NCBI GenBank assembly: GCA_044892525.1
Contig: CM097888.1
Span: 2,170,001-2,234,000, forward strand
Reading direction: 5' to 3'
From: Schmidtea polychroa
Taxonomy: Eukaryota
DNA: 64,000 bases
This document shows positions 38,801-43,874 of this stretch, in pieces. The translations under genes and the position numbers were made by a program. Position 1 is the stretch's first letter; every line of letters starts with the position of its first letter. Under the pieces are notes generated by a model, which saw only the letters and a program-made list of their open reading frames with translations, ran no database searches and was not told where the DNA came from.

Positions 38801-41800
38801 CAACGAGAGATAAAACGCCAACTTAGCTATTGTTAATTATGATAGGGGGAGTAATTTGCATGATTTTAATTTTGATATTAGCCACCCTATGGATGTTTAG
38901 ATTAAACATGCGGGATATTCGTTATTGGGAAAATATTTACGAAACCGAGGTATAGGGGAAAAGTCTCACCATATACTAGGAAGTGTAAATATATATAGTC
39001 ATTTATTTTATATGTTATTTATATTAGTATTTAGACTAATGTGGGCTCAAATGAGCATCTGTAAAATCAGACATCAGCGTATGTCGACTTTGGTTACCCT
39101 GCGAGGGTCTATCACGAAAGTGATAAACGCTGTTAATTATTTTATTTTTAGAAAAATGAATTATAACAGAGAACCAAAGCCACCAGTCAAAGCAAATCGA
39201 CGACACCCATTGGCAACGTACAATTCCCAGACTCGAGTTGAAACTGAAGTGTATAGCACCTATAAAGAAGAGTATGTATATCGGTTCATCGGAACCACGG
39301 TCGCAGCAAAAATGAATCACCTCACCTCAAACTATTGGTATTATCCCAGGAGAGTGGATATTCCAAACGATTTCAAATTCCCAGGAGGGCCTCATAGGCA
39401 AATGATGATAACGGTTATAAATAACCAAGGTAGATTAAAATTGGCAGAACTATGTAGGGAGTATGGTTCATGTCCGAAATTGGAAAATATTTGGATCCAT
39501 GCGATCAATAGGCCATTTACTGTGCTTATGGCGGATTAGAGTTACCTGTTGAATTAGAAAAACAGTGTACTCTGGAGATATACCACGCTGATGGACGAGA
39601 ACGGAAGATTATGATCCAGGCAGCGGCAGTGGATACCATAATTGTAGTAGAAATCTTAAACTTCAGGAAGCCATACGCTATAGTTAGGAAAAACGAGCCA
39701 ACTTGGATTTATAATGTAAATGAAGCTGATATACAGCAGTGTAAATCATTTGTGAGGAAGAAGTTAACCAAAGCCGAGGAGGACGAGGCTACAATTTTCA
39801 TATCGGCAGGTTTTGCCAAATCCCGAATCGAATTGAAGGAGACAATTATCCAAATCGTAATTATGGATATGAGAGGAAATAATTTACTGAGTGCGGTAGT
39901 GACTCCCAGAGACCCTGTAAAACACTACCAAACGCACCAATACAAGTTAAAGGAACCAGATATTAAAGGAAACCTCGACGAAGATGATTGTTATCATCTG
40001 ATAAGAAAGATCTGTGATAAGAAAATACTTGTAGGTATTTTGCTTAAAGATCTGACCTCGGTAGCCAATCTACCAGTGCAGCGGATATTGGGTATCCGTG
40101 ACCTTTCTGCAAATAAACTATTGGAAACCAGAGGAGTCCCAAAGATTCATGGTCATTACAGATTGGGATTCCTGACAAAGACTTTCCTACGTACGGTTCC
40201 CGGAGAGCCAAGGAATTTAGTGGTCACCAATGAGGCACTGGCGATACGTGCGGTTTATTTACATATCAGAAACGAATGGTTAGACCATATCACGATACCC
40301 CAGGAGGAATTCACTTCTGCAACTACAGCAGCGATAGTTGAACAGGAAATGACGCAAAAGAGGAGATTACCCGAGCAACCATCTACATCAGAGCAACCCC
40401 AGCCTAAGAGAAAATCACCTGTGGATCTACCACCGCCTCCAGCTATATCTATTGGAGAAGAAGATGAATATGAAACATGTGCTAGTGAAATGGAGACAGC
40501 AAAATCACCTAAACAATCATCAGGAGCTGCCTATCAGCCAAAAGATAAACCGGATAATGCGGTCAGAAAAGAAAATCCAAAAGGAGGCAAGGTGAAAAAG
40601 ATGTTAAAGAAAATGTTACTCATAAAAAGAGACAAGTCGAAGCTAAAGTTGAAGAAAGTTGTTAAACCGTCGGAAGGAAGAGACACCCAGCAGTATGGAA
40701 GATAAGAATAATAAACCTCAAAAGATATTCAGCGAACCAGATGATGACATTATGGAAGTTGCCTTTCAACCTCCGGTTAAGGAGATGCAGGAAGCAATAA
40801 AGGTTAAATCTGAACCTGTGGTAAGGCAGAAAATGTTAAAGATTGCCAAGGAGAATATCATCAAGAAACCAGTTTCGGTTGATGTGGACGGTTTCGAACC
40901 AATGTGGTACAAACGTCCGGATAGTAAATGGAAACCCAGAGCTAAGGAGTATGACTGCCAACCAGTCACGAGAATGGCAGTCAATAATAATCAAAAATAT
41001 GATGTTTATGACGTAGACGGGATCCCTTACGTGGTGTCTACAGTCATATTAACGAGTGCTCTGGATGGTAAGCCTTTGGCAGTGAGTTTTGAGCCAGAAG
41101 TCTTACAGAAGAGGAAAAACAAGTTGTTGCAGCAATACGTCGTTGCCAATAGCTACAGCACAAAGGAGCTGCACCTTTACAAAGTTCCCGACCAAGATCC
41201 CGACGATCTGGATATCTAATCCGAGAGCGTTGCCACCCAACATGTGTCGTCGAATTCAAATGTGTATAAAATGACTTAACTATTATTTGATTTGTGCTAT
41301 CCAGTGTTTTGACATTTATTATTTGTGATTGGAAACATTCATTTTGTGTTTTGTCTTATTTGATTAATTTTTATGTTTTATTGTAATACTGTTTACCAAA
41401 AGCCTTTCTTTAGTCTTGTTTTTGTCTTGTTTTCGAGACGAAAATTTTTTAGGGGGTAAGACTTGTTAGGGATAGGCCTGGGGCCTTGACTGTAAAATAA
41501 ATAAAGAATTACTATATTTAGAAATGGTATAAATAAAATAATAAAGAATTACCGAAAATAAAATATAGAGTTAAATAATTACTATAATTTGATATATTTG
41601 ATATTACTATTACTATATATAGTAATTATAAAATTGCTATTAATATAATAAATAATTAAAATATGATATAAATACTGGTTCAAAACGAGAACCAGGGGAG
41701 AAGAATTTGGACGATAAAATTGACAAGAAAGTGGGACGGAAAAACATTGAGACAATAATTTAGAAGATTATTTGATTATCATTGTAAAAAAAGAAAACGT

Positions 41801-43874
41801 GATTAAAGAATCACTGTGTTGATTATAATTTAAGAAGTTCAACATAAGTCTAAATCAAAGAAAACGTGATTAAAGAATCACTGTGTTTATCAAACACCAG
41901 ACGACATTCCGATTTAAATTTCGGATCGATTTCAAAGTTGAAAATTGGCTATAAATTGCCAAACAGAATAAACAAGAGTCAGTGAGAAAATCTCTAGAGA
42001 AAAAAAATTGGAACAGATTTGTGAACGAAGAACAGAAAAGGAGCCATTAATTTAGACAAGGTAAAAGGAGTTCAGTATTTGTGTTGTGTAAGGATAAATT
42101 ATTATCCTTGTGAAGTGAAATAGTTAAAATAAAGCGAACACAAAGCACAGACAGCGGCTTTCGTGTTACCTGGTAGCCCCAAAATCAGCCCTCTTTCTTT
42201 ACCGGCATCTTTTCAATTTATTTAGCGATCGTTGTGCTACACAGGAGCCATCGATTTCTTGCAGGCTGTGGTAAACAGTAAGGATTAATAAATCCGTTTC
42301 TCTTGTATTCTTTGCACATATATTATAAATGCCTGTTATAAATTATTAAATACATTTTTATAAAAGGAGAAAGGAGTTTTGTTTTTAATTCAGTGATTTA
42401 AACATACTCGCGCAACCACATTAAATATAACATATTTATATTTATTATTATTTATTTATCTTAATTAAATTATTGGAGTCATTGTGTTAAGATCTGTAGT
42501 CCCCGTTTTTTGATCTTAACACTATCATTTTATAACGATTTATACTGTTATATTGTATATTGAGCTCTAATTATTTAATTAAATTGTCTTTCCAAAGAGG
42601 ACCCAAAAAAAAGTTGAAATATCAACAAAAACAGATGAAAGGTGACCAAAAAATAAAAGATATTTCTGATATCATGTTTTACTTATTATAAATATATTAT
42701 TTCCCTTATTTCAGGACTAACATCAGAAGGAGTGATTCTAGTCGAGTGTACAAGTTGCAAAACTCTGAAACCAGTTCCACATGAAAGGCCACATTCCCGT
42801 ATATTTCTTTAAAATTTGATATTTGTTTCTATATTTTTTAAAATTATTATTTATTGATTTTAAATTAATTTTTTTGTAAAAGCTAATCTCAAGGTCAATA
42901 ACAACAAATCAAACTGATGATTTCATTGATTTCTTCTTTCGTGTTGATTGTTGGCCGTTTGTTTATGATGAGAATTGCATATTTGAATCTGACATTTTTT
43001 TGGATGTTTCCATTAACTGAGATTTTGATTGAAATATTTTTCCTTTTCTTAATTGGTTGACATTTTTGGAGATGTCTGTTTACCGAGGATTTTCCATCAG
43101 GATCTAGATGTTCTTTAACTGTTTGTTGCAAGGTCCTGAGTATACTTCCAATGTATATTTTCTTGCATACATTGCACGTGATGCAATAGACGATGTTTTT
43201 TCTAAAGCACATATCTTTCGGTGTCTGGCAGTTTTTCATTGTGCAATTGTTTTCTCTATTTGTGTTGTTTAATGTGTTNNNNNNNNNNNNNNNNNNNNNN
43301 NNNNNNNNNNNNNNNNNNNNNNNNNNNNNNNNNNNNNNNNNNNNNNNNNNNNNNNNNNNNNNNNNNNNNNNNNNNNNNNNNNNNNNNNNNNNNNNNNNNN
43401 NNNNNNNNNNNNNNNNNNNNNNNNNNNNNNNNNNNNNNNNNNNNNNNNNNNNNNNNNNNNNNNNNNNNNNNNNNNNNNNNNNNNNNNNNNNNNNNNTATC
43501 AGAAGTCCTACAGAAATCCAAGTACTGGATCTCCATTCTCGTCATTGGGATATTCATGCTTTTCGTCATCTTACTGCTGTTATATATGAATCGGTTATAA
43601 ATTTTGTTTATTCCCATAAATTAAAATAATATCTAGTAAAAATGGGACATCAAAATTTCAAATCAATTTCAACATTCCAAAAATGCCCAAATTTAGATTT
43701 CCTAGATTGAATTTTGACCAGTTTAGATCAAACTTCCCAAGAATGCGACTGAATGAGACATATGACGAGAATTCTCGCGGGAATTCGGAATTTGTTGAAG
43801 CGATCGAGCTGCCGGACACTGTCAATGAAGTATCATTTGATAACCCGATCTATGTTGCAGATTCCAGACAATGA
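14864..43874 (+). CDS. AMN: Amnionless-like type I membrane protein, multi-exon; internal exons only partly resolved
   Basis: Signal peptide exon 14864-14924. Exon 14968-15119 reads KLFLPNTNFANSNNWKEAQVPC (AMN: KLWVPNTDF..A.NW....PC). Exon 15171-15258 reads DFPINGEIIL. The exon from 15306 reads HWYNPFNW...VPSALDLVVFP. A TM exon ends at 43593 and the last exon 43637-43874 carries the FDNPIY endocytic motif. GT-AG introns of 43-51 nt keep the frame. Confidence 0.85.
16128..17459 (-). CDS. pogo/POGK-type DD35D transposase
   Basis: N-terminal Brinker-like HTH and CENP-B-type HTH; catalytic motifs NGDQTP, LVLDAFRCH and LQVMD with 35 residues between D2 and D3. Confidence 0.93.
   Translation of the reverse strand: MSSKRCSYTTGFKLMVIEAAERIGNRGASREYGLSEANVRHWRNNKNTLKECRSSTKAPGRGRKLFFPDVEKKLVEYVHERRFSGSSISTVEVRLKALELVKEMYPGSIFKASARWCQLFMKRNDISIRRRTSIAQRLPDDVENKLLDYQKYIINLRKRHEYPISCIANGDQTPLSFDIPSFQTLDFKGVKSVPIKTTGNEKNRFTVMLGAYGDGKKMPPYVIFKRKSLPKNIHWPAGMIVKAQENGWMNEELTKDWIKTIWCNDRKDEFRNSRRLLVLDAFRCHRMPCVKEILAKNKTDLVIIPGGMTGQLQVMDVVCNRPFKQEMRKRWNEWFFSGAPSFTASGNRRKVDLETICKWIQLSWDAVIEAIIIKGFKKCCLSNAMDGSEDDVIWQDDISDVGNEDDDMENELMFEEVDESIEIENLIKSEDENNDLCNEKNIL
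17519..17595. repeat. 16-bp tandem repeat (AATTTAATGTAATATA), about 5 copies
   Basis: Direct reading; lies in the 5' region of the pogo element. Confidence 0.85.
18488..18636 (+). CDS. AMN: AMN internal exon (5' edge in gap)
   Basis: KTFTRKFVEF...GNKCKKDYCVVNSNLQ resembles AMN RTFTR...EDC...GCVCGN; donor CAG|GTTAAA at 18636. Confidence 0.55.
18820..18914 (+). CDS. AMN: Probable AMN Cys-rich exon
   Basis: AAG|ATG acceptor and TG|GTGAGA donor; reads MVMNLIGCQMINMCRNQKLIPYKGPIGAQCK in phase with the previous exon. Confidence 0.45.
19351..19440. repeat. 35-bp tandem repeat running into a gap
   Basis: TCCAAATAAGAAATCCCAACAACCAATGAAATGCT, about 2.5 copies visible. Confidence 0.85.
21325..21553. 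mobile_element. hAT-type MITE
   Basis: TIRs CAGTGGCGTAACT / AGTTCTGCCACTG; perfect 8-bp TSD CTCATTAC at 21317-21324 and 21554-21561. Confidence 0.85.
21945..22209. mobile_element. hAT-like MITE
   Basis: TIRs CAGTGATTCTCAGC / GTTAAGAATCACTG; inner GCGGCACA/TCGGCACA motifs; flanked by a 6-bp direct repeat CTACAG. Confidence 0.7.
22362..22613. repeat. Imperfect inverted repeat starting AGTAGT and ending ACTACT; candidate Polinton terminus
   Basis: AGTAGTGTGTATATATACCCAACCCAAACAGCCCTC versus the reverse complement of 22578-22613, AGTAGTGTGTATATAGCCCTATCCCAAATAGCCCTC. AGTAGT is a common Polinton terminal sequence. Confidence 0.65.
23215..23296 (-). ncRNA. tRNA-like Pol III unit 1
   Basis: A box TAGCGCAGTGG (23289-23279), B box GGTTCAAATCC (23246-23236), T8 terminator (23222-23215). 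Cloverleaf stems are degenerate. Confidence 0.6.
23361..23543 (-). CDS. Small charged helical ORF (60 aa), probably of the Polinton
   Basis: ATG preceded by AAAA, as in the other Polinton ORFs; lies between Pol III units 2 and 1. Confidence 0.5.
   Translation of the reverse strand: MDELKERMRNELNEVKHKRMKRREEEPLEYIKELMVDNEKYRHFYMKAVDVADIRLKKMK
23708..23789 (-). ncRNA. tRNA-like Pol III unit 2 (tRNA-Cys-like 5' half)
   Basis: A box TAGCTTAGTGG, D-stem GCT/AGC, GACTGCA at the anticodon position, perfect T-arm AATGGG-TTCAAAT-CCCATT, T5 terminator. The anticodon stem is unpaired. Confidence 0.7.
23942..24023 (-). ncRNA. tRNA-like Pol III unit 3
   Basis: A box TAGCGGAGTGG, degenerate B box GGTTCAATTTT at tRNA spacing, T7 terminator. 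The 3' flank is homologous to that of unit 2. Confidence 0.55.
24050..25372 (+). CDS. Polinton-type major capsid protein (double jelly-roll); likely ATG at 24080
   Basis: Motifs LN..GDI, ENNFFPNLFS, HLFGF..NY.RIL.N..IEL, RPRYILIGF and FCINVSDQ; size and gene context fit. Confidence 0.85.
   Translation: MCVCKFYYIKMNNINLKIQEKNKLNLDYNKEFTHEIKKNDVLKISPTSGSIANLNRRGDIVFQSLQTSNPIDICNAKLYYKIELEIEANKDITLENNFFPNLFSNMRLKLGSSEIETVLHPGVYSTMLNFILTGCDYKNEYGELTGWIPDVNKGDLDKDGLDINYGYYKRAELYKSKKFEGYFELKHLFGFLQNYNRILHNVFIELVCNRVEGDKRLFYGAADTKAKLKLSTLELHIPEWTLNPHSEIKLLERLNSNKSINVNYLNRICSEFSMTEGSTYSIKVANLAYRPRYILIGFKEVDSSFQKNNNLFIQKIGDDNLKTIQIQLNSSYYPINRMEFNIENNENIFPYLNYIETCYDFKVEPQLSLEDFKNLYSIFCINVSDQDDRLAINNVDVTLHVTKDSNFKAKVYTLILEEKKIEMKLYGGKISIIENVRGDS
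25402..26816 (+). pseudogene. Zinc finger - PLA2 - retroviral-type integrase ORF, broken by a 5-nt insertion at 25642-25656
   Basis: C2H2 motif CESC..HHKASHLKTKKH; PLA2 motifs YTGPGT and DQAALKHDIAY; integrase WSADL / WCDKG / VVERLNRTLK (DD33E). Removing one ATTAG unit gives one open frame of 469 aa. Confidence 0.88.
26828..27625 (-). CDS. A32/FtsK-like DNA packaging ATPase
   Basis: Walker A GSSGCGKN, Walker B LVIFND, and the RGRH..NVIYISQ arginine finger/sensor motif. Confidence 0.92.
   Translation of the reverse strand: MDIWKPILNRHKSKFNNKVFPDNFRLLIVGSSGCGKNVLVLKMLLEDGFLDYNNLIFYSTTINQPELQLLKCGFENKLTKKAIIDIFKNQHRCPEEVFQPCDMVDWYKEKILESDISNKNDYICEDEGQAEAIQVLFSNKPEDVLHCDLLPKDKKNLVIFNDVVNMKNQEIQKSYFTRGRHNNCNVIYISQTYYALDKNSIRNNSNCFIFFKLDRRDKNMIYNDLFSNVEPDKNMFDMFVDNHWKEKYNYIYLDREEAEIWKSLF
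27641..28234 (+). CDS. pX/core-like structural protein with GKGLYLxP repeats
   Basis: EGGILPLAALIPAIIAGLSGAAGIA resembles adenovirus pX (GGFLPALIPIIAAAIG); three GKGLYL repeats. Confidence 0.65.
   Translation: MTTEESLQELINSNKNKSVVIDGKKYFIGKHVKEQVRAKIKEGGILPLAALIPAIIAGLSGAAGIAGGIATTVQKAKESQKTDLEKEKLQTEIDSMKKKGVSEGQKSVGKGLYLNPYQKVSEGQKSQGSCSVGKGLYLDPYKGRGLNDFLKNQISSSESLSSKDKDDLKKMCKSLKNGCLCKTKNGKGLYLKPWKEP
28257..28793 (+). pseudogene. Polinton ORF truncated at the fold-back; the last ~25 aa are read from the antisense arm
   Basis: The ORF crosses the junction at 28718/28719. Confidence 0.7.
28915..29508 (-). CDS. Mirror copy of the pX-like ORF
   Basis: Translation identical to 27641-28234. 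Confidence 0.65.
   Translation of the reverse strand: MTTEESLQELINSNKNKSVVIDGKKYFIGKHVKEQVRAKIKEGGILPLAALIPAIIAGLSGAAGIAGGIATTVQKAKESQKTDLEKEKLQTEIDSMKKKGVSEGQKSVGKGLYLNPYQKVSEGQKSQGSCSVGKGLYLDPYKGRGLNDFLKNQISSSESLSSKDKDDLKKMCKSLKNGCLCKTKNGKGLYLKPWKEP
29524..30321 (+). CDS. Mirror copy of the packaging ATPase
   Basis: Translation identical to 26828-27625. Confidence 0.92.
   Translation: MDIWKPILNRHKSKFNNKVFPDNFRLLIVGSSGCGKNVLVLKMLLEDGFLDYNNLIFYSTTINQPELQLLKCGFENKLTKKAIIDIFKNQHRCPEEVFQPCDMVDWYKEKILESDISNKNDYICEDEGQAEAIQVLFSNKPEDVLHCDLLPKDKKNLVIFNDVVNMKNQEIQKSYFTRGRHNNCNVIYISQTYYALDKNSIRNNSNCFIFFKLDRRDKNMIYNDLFSNVEPDKNMFDMFVDNHWKEKYNYIYLDREEAEIWKSLF
30333..31747 (-). pseudogene. Mirror copy of ZnF-PLA2-integrase, carrying the same 5-nt insertion
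   Basis: The same ATTAG x3 slippage is present; the proteins differ at two residues (EKH/ERH, PKK/PRK). Confidence 0.88.
31777..32973 (-). pseudogene. 5'-truncated mirror copy of the major capsid gene
   Basis: Lacks the N-terminal ~32 aa and abuts hAT sequence at 32974. Confidence 0.85.
32974..33947 (-). mobile_element. Truncated hAT element (Buster/SPIN, GTF2IRD2-like transposase), 5' half only
   Basis: TIR CAGGGGTCTCAAAC at 33947-33934 with the subterminal palindrome GCGGCCCGCGGGCCGC; flanking 8-mer has a central TA. The transposase reads RVFQEKW, CLIC...RRHCDTMH and, after a 1-nt frameshift, FSIALDESTDLVDTSQCA, where it is cut. Confidence 0.9.
34211..34900 (+). CDS. Gypsy aspartic protease region, frameshifted to pol near 34853
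   Basis: HAIIDSGSDLTLI and CIVGMDIL; adding 1 nt restores VATHKEVEGDVIFEP into the pol frame. Confidence 0.85.
   Translation: MKFETMPPLGTSVLEMVSKYPFSTLERLKEEYKDEIKSENDQDSDDQQKFRDNIRGISTILMVNMGKKTYKPTIKLKVNRHTVHAIIDSGSDLTLIEANLLNEKELQAIVPTLTVASGANGQPINVIGTLDCELRLCDQKFRHDIKVTRQCMAECIVGMDILKKLKDIVFDCATGELVKMTGRKRKTYSVNVVFLDRTVTIPPRTETVCFVATHKRWKEMLFSNRVSSS
34858..38826 (+). CDS. Gypsy Pol (RT, RNase H, integrase) with a C-terminal FN3-like extension
   Basis: RLCNDYRKLN, VYIDDII, TDA..GIGAVL, ELEALA, YTDHRPL, GH...C..C, AMDVLGP / TDRG / IERFNGTL. Confidence 0.97.
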   Translation: MEGDVIFEPSEQFVTRYKTPMVQNLATVRGGRIPIRLTNLASKSLRLYPETRVGKVIQLSNMQKESESILSVEEDERDPDIEYYDAPSCDSKALSRKENIRVNQLLRKYDQVFAKHEYDLGQVNILEHEIKLTENKPIKIHPYRIPQSIQGSVDKQIKLMQKYNIIRPSKSPYSSPLVVVAKRDGSVRLCNDYRKLNEQTVSDNHPLPLLDYIYDKMKNSKLFTVMDAQKGFYQIKMSEDSIPMTGFSTSNDHFEYLVMPFGLKGAPPTFHRAMNIMLMDAHHAMVYIDDIIIFSEDLDKHLEHLEDIFKRLIMANLKVKPSKCKWAESEVIYVGHVISHDCVRPDPANTDKVKNFPQPVNVKQIKGFLGLTGYYRKFIRNFSAIAFPLTTLEKKGIKFLWGEDQQQAFDKLKDALCKPPILRFPDFKRQFIVITDACTRGIGAVLGQKDEIGDEYAVAYASRGLKPHEKSYAVIELEALALVFAVEKFSHYLWGRKVIFYTDHRPLQWLLKHRDEASKLVRWTLRLQPYNIENVYRKGKANGNADALSRMEQEPELEDIKEGRLEGTIFMLTREANTLSDLVEAQKNDDEINMIRQAIEAKAIPNEFQKYWEKHKDKFILEGLIKYVESRNNVILVPKKYRESLLLQYNDGALGGHLSARHTLSRLKMKYFWPYMKDDVKKWCQSCKICITRRNTGRKPHVPLKPMPVPSSPMEMTAMDVLGPFKESKMGNKFIIVFCDYLTKWPEAFPIPNHKADTIARIFVEQIVFRYGVPTKLLTDRGKDFMSNLLKSINDYFGILKLNTSPYHPQTDGLIERFNGTLANMLSSYVNSGQADWDVHIPSCLFAYRNAVHSVTGETPFYLMYLRHNKMPVDLIFYPKASQNCDEGNYLFEMRERMQEAWEKAGLNIRYNQETMKEYHDRKAKDHGFLVGDYVMLEGHYNKKGLSPKLMRNYKGPYQILKVTETNLVLQLVAKRKAEPIMVHANRCKKLAPPEKEKPKSDIDEFKIDKKSKKKTLESYKSILKGQPERYPFRSRQIPKTVTFLAVISCVMIIGQAFEVFTPKASQHPDIEYQRTDRAFRFHLTNIQWHRYDLYLVAAERGISFHLNTWDRVKIIEGLMPNTSYLLEIKTFFADPNVFADEGDCVDKAAWNLKTAKFTKKVEISYLGQIVRLTHPRWKRNDTSSTHDWRTNNKIALIVILENDQRVERLVLNHAYLSRRWKIKPDTVTKANISYLEFTERTGWYTIYQEIVNLIPHTKGELTSKEGKARLVSIPGCKGINALDRFSIRKVASVKQPRITKLINNCSCQNTLKGTTRDKTPT
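38827..38955 (+). pseudogene. In-frame transmembrane helix and tail after the TAG at 38824-38826
   Basis: LLLIMIGGVICMILILILATLWMFRLNMRDIRYWENIYETEV*. Confidence 0.75.
38925..39539 (+). CDS. Gypsy accessory ORF, unknown function; true start uncertain
   Basis: 204-aa open frame inside the element. Confidence 0.6.
   Translation: MGKYLRNRGIGEKSHHILGSVNIYSHLFYMLFILVFRLMWAQMSICKIRHQRMSTLVTLRGSITKVINAVNYFIFRKMNYNREPKPPVKANRRHPLATYNSQTRVETEVYSTYKEEYVYRFIGTTVAAKMNHLTSNYWYYPRRVDIPNDFKFPGGPHRQMMITVINNQGRLKLAELCREYGSCPKLENIWIHAINRPFTVLMAD
39611..40705 (+). CDS. Gypsy accessory ORF: REX4/ISG20-like exonuclease fold lacking catalytic residues, plus a disordered tail
   Basis: IVIMDMRGNNLLSAVVTPRDPVKHYQT, KILVGILLKDL, IRDLS, RLGFLTKTFL, NEALAIRAVY...W. 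Confidence 0.65.
   Translation: MIQAAAVDTIIVVEILNFRKPYAIVRKNEPTWIYNVNEADIQQCKSFVRKKLTKAEEDEATIFISAGFAKSRIELKETIIQIVIMDMRGNNLLSAVVTPRDPVKHYQTHQYKLKEPDIKGNLDEDDCYHLIRKICDKKILVGILLKDLTSVANLPVQRILGIRDLSANKLLETRGVPKIHGHYRLGFLTKTFLRTVPGEPRNLVVTNEALAIRAVYLHIRNEWLDHITIPQEEFTSATTAAIVEQEMTQKRRLPEQPSTSEQPQPKRKSPVDLPPPPAISIGEEDEYETCASEMETAKSPKQSSGAAYQPKDKPDNAVRKENPKGGKVKKMLKKMLLIKRDKSKLKLKKVVKPSEGRDTQQYGR
40659..41219 (+). CDS. Gypsy accessory ORF, unknown function
   Basis: 186-aa open frame directly before the 3' UTR and PPT. Confidence 0.55.
   Translation: MLNRRKEETPSSMEDKNNKPQKIFSEPDDDIMEVAFQPPVKEMQEAIKVKSEPVVRQKMLKIAKENIIKKPVSVDVDGFEPMWYKRPDSKWKPRAKEYDCQPVTRMAVNNNQKYDVYDVDGIPYVVSTVILTSALDGKPLAVSFEPEVLQKRKNKLLQQYVVANSYSTKELHLYKVPDQDPDDLDI
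41464..42521 (+). repeat. 3' LTR, about 1058 bp
   Basis: Begins TGTTA directly after the purine tract AGGGGGTAAG and ends TAACA; contains TATA-like and AATAAA motifs. Confidence 0.75.
42895..43278 (-). mobile_element. Penelope-like GIY-YIG endonuclease fragment
   Basis: KNIVYCITCNVCKKIYIGS..RTL....KEH. Confidence 0.8.
43497..43593 (+). CDS. AMN: AMN transmembrane exon (5' edge in gap)
   Basis: YWISILVIGIFMLFVILLLLYMNR; the 43-nt intron 43594-43636 joins it in frame to the tail exon. Confidence 0.75.

Larger units (their letters stand above)
34211..42521 (+). mobile_element. 5'-truncated Ty3/Gypsy LTR retrotransposon with an env-like extension and accessory ORFs
   Basis: Domain order PR-RT-RH-IN, then a PPT and 3' LTR. 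No 5' LTR or recognisable gag. Confidence 0.92.

Noticed and set aside
38824-38826. TAG codon reassignment in this genome
   Set aside because: Other ORFs in the window end normally at TAG, and the element has other single-base lesions, so a nonsense mutation is simpler.
16135-41274. Short antisense or alternate-frame ORFs overlapping the pogo, Polinton, hAT and Gypsy genes
   Set aside because: These are shadow frames of real coding sequence with no motifs of their own.
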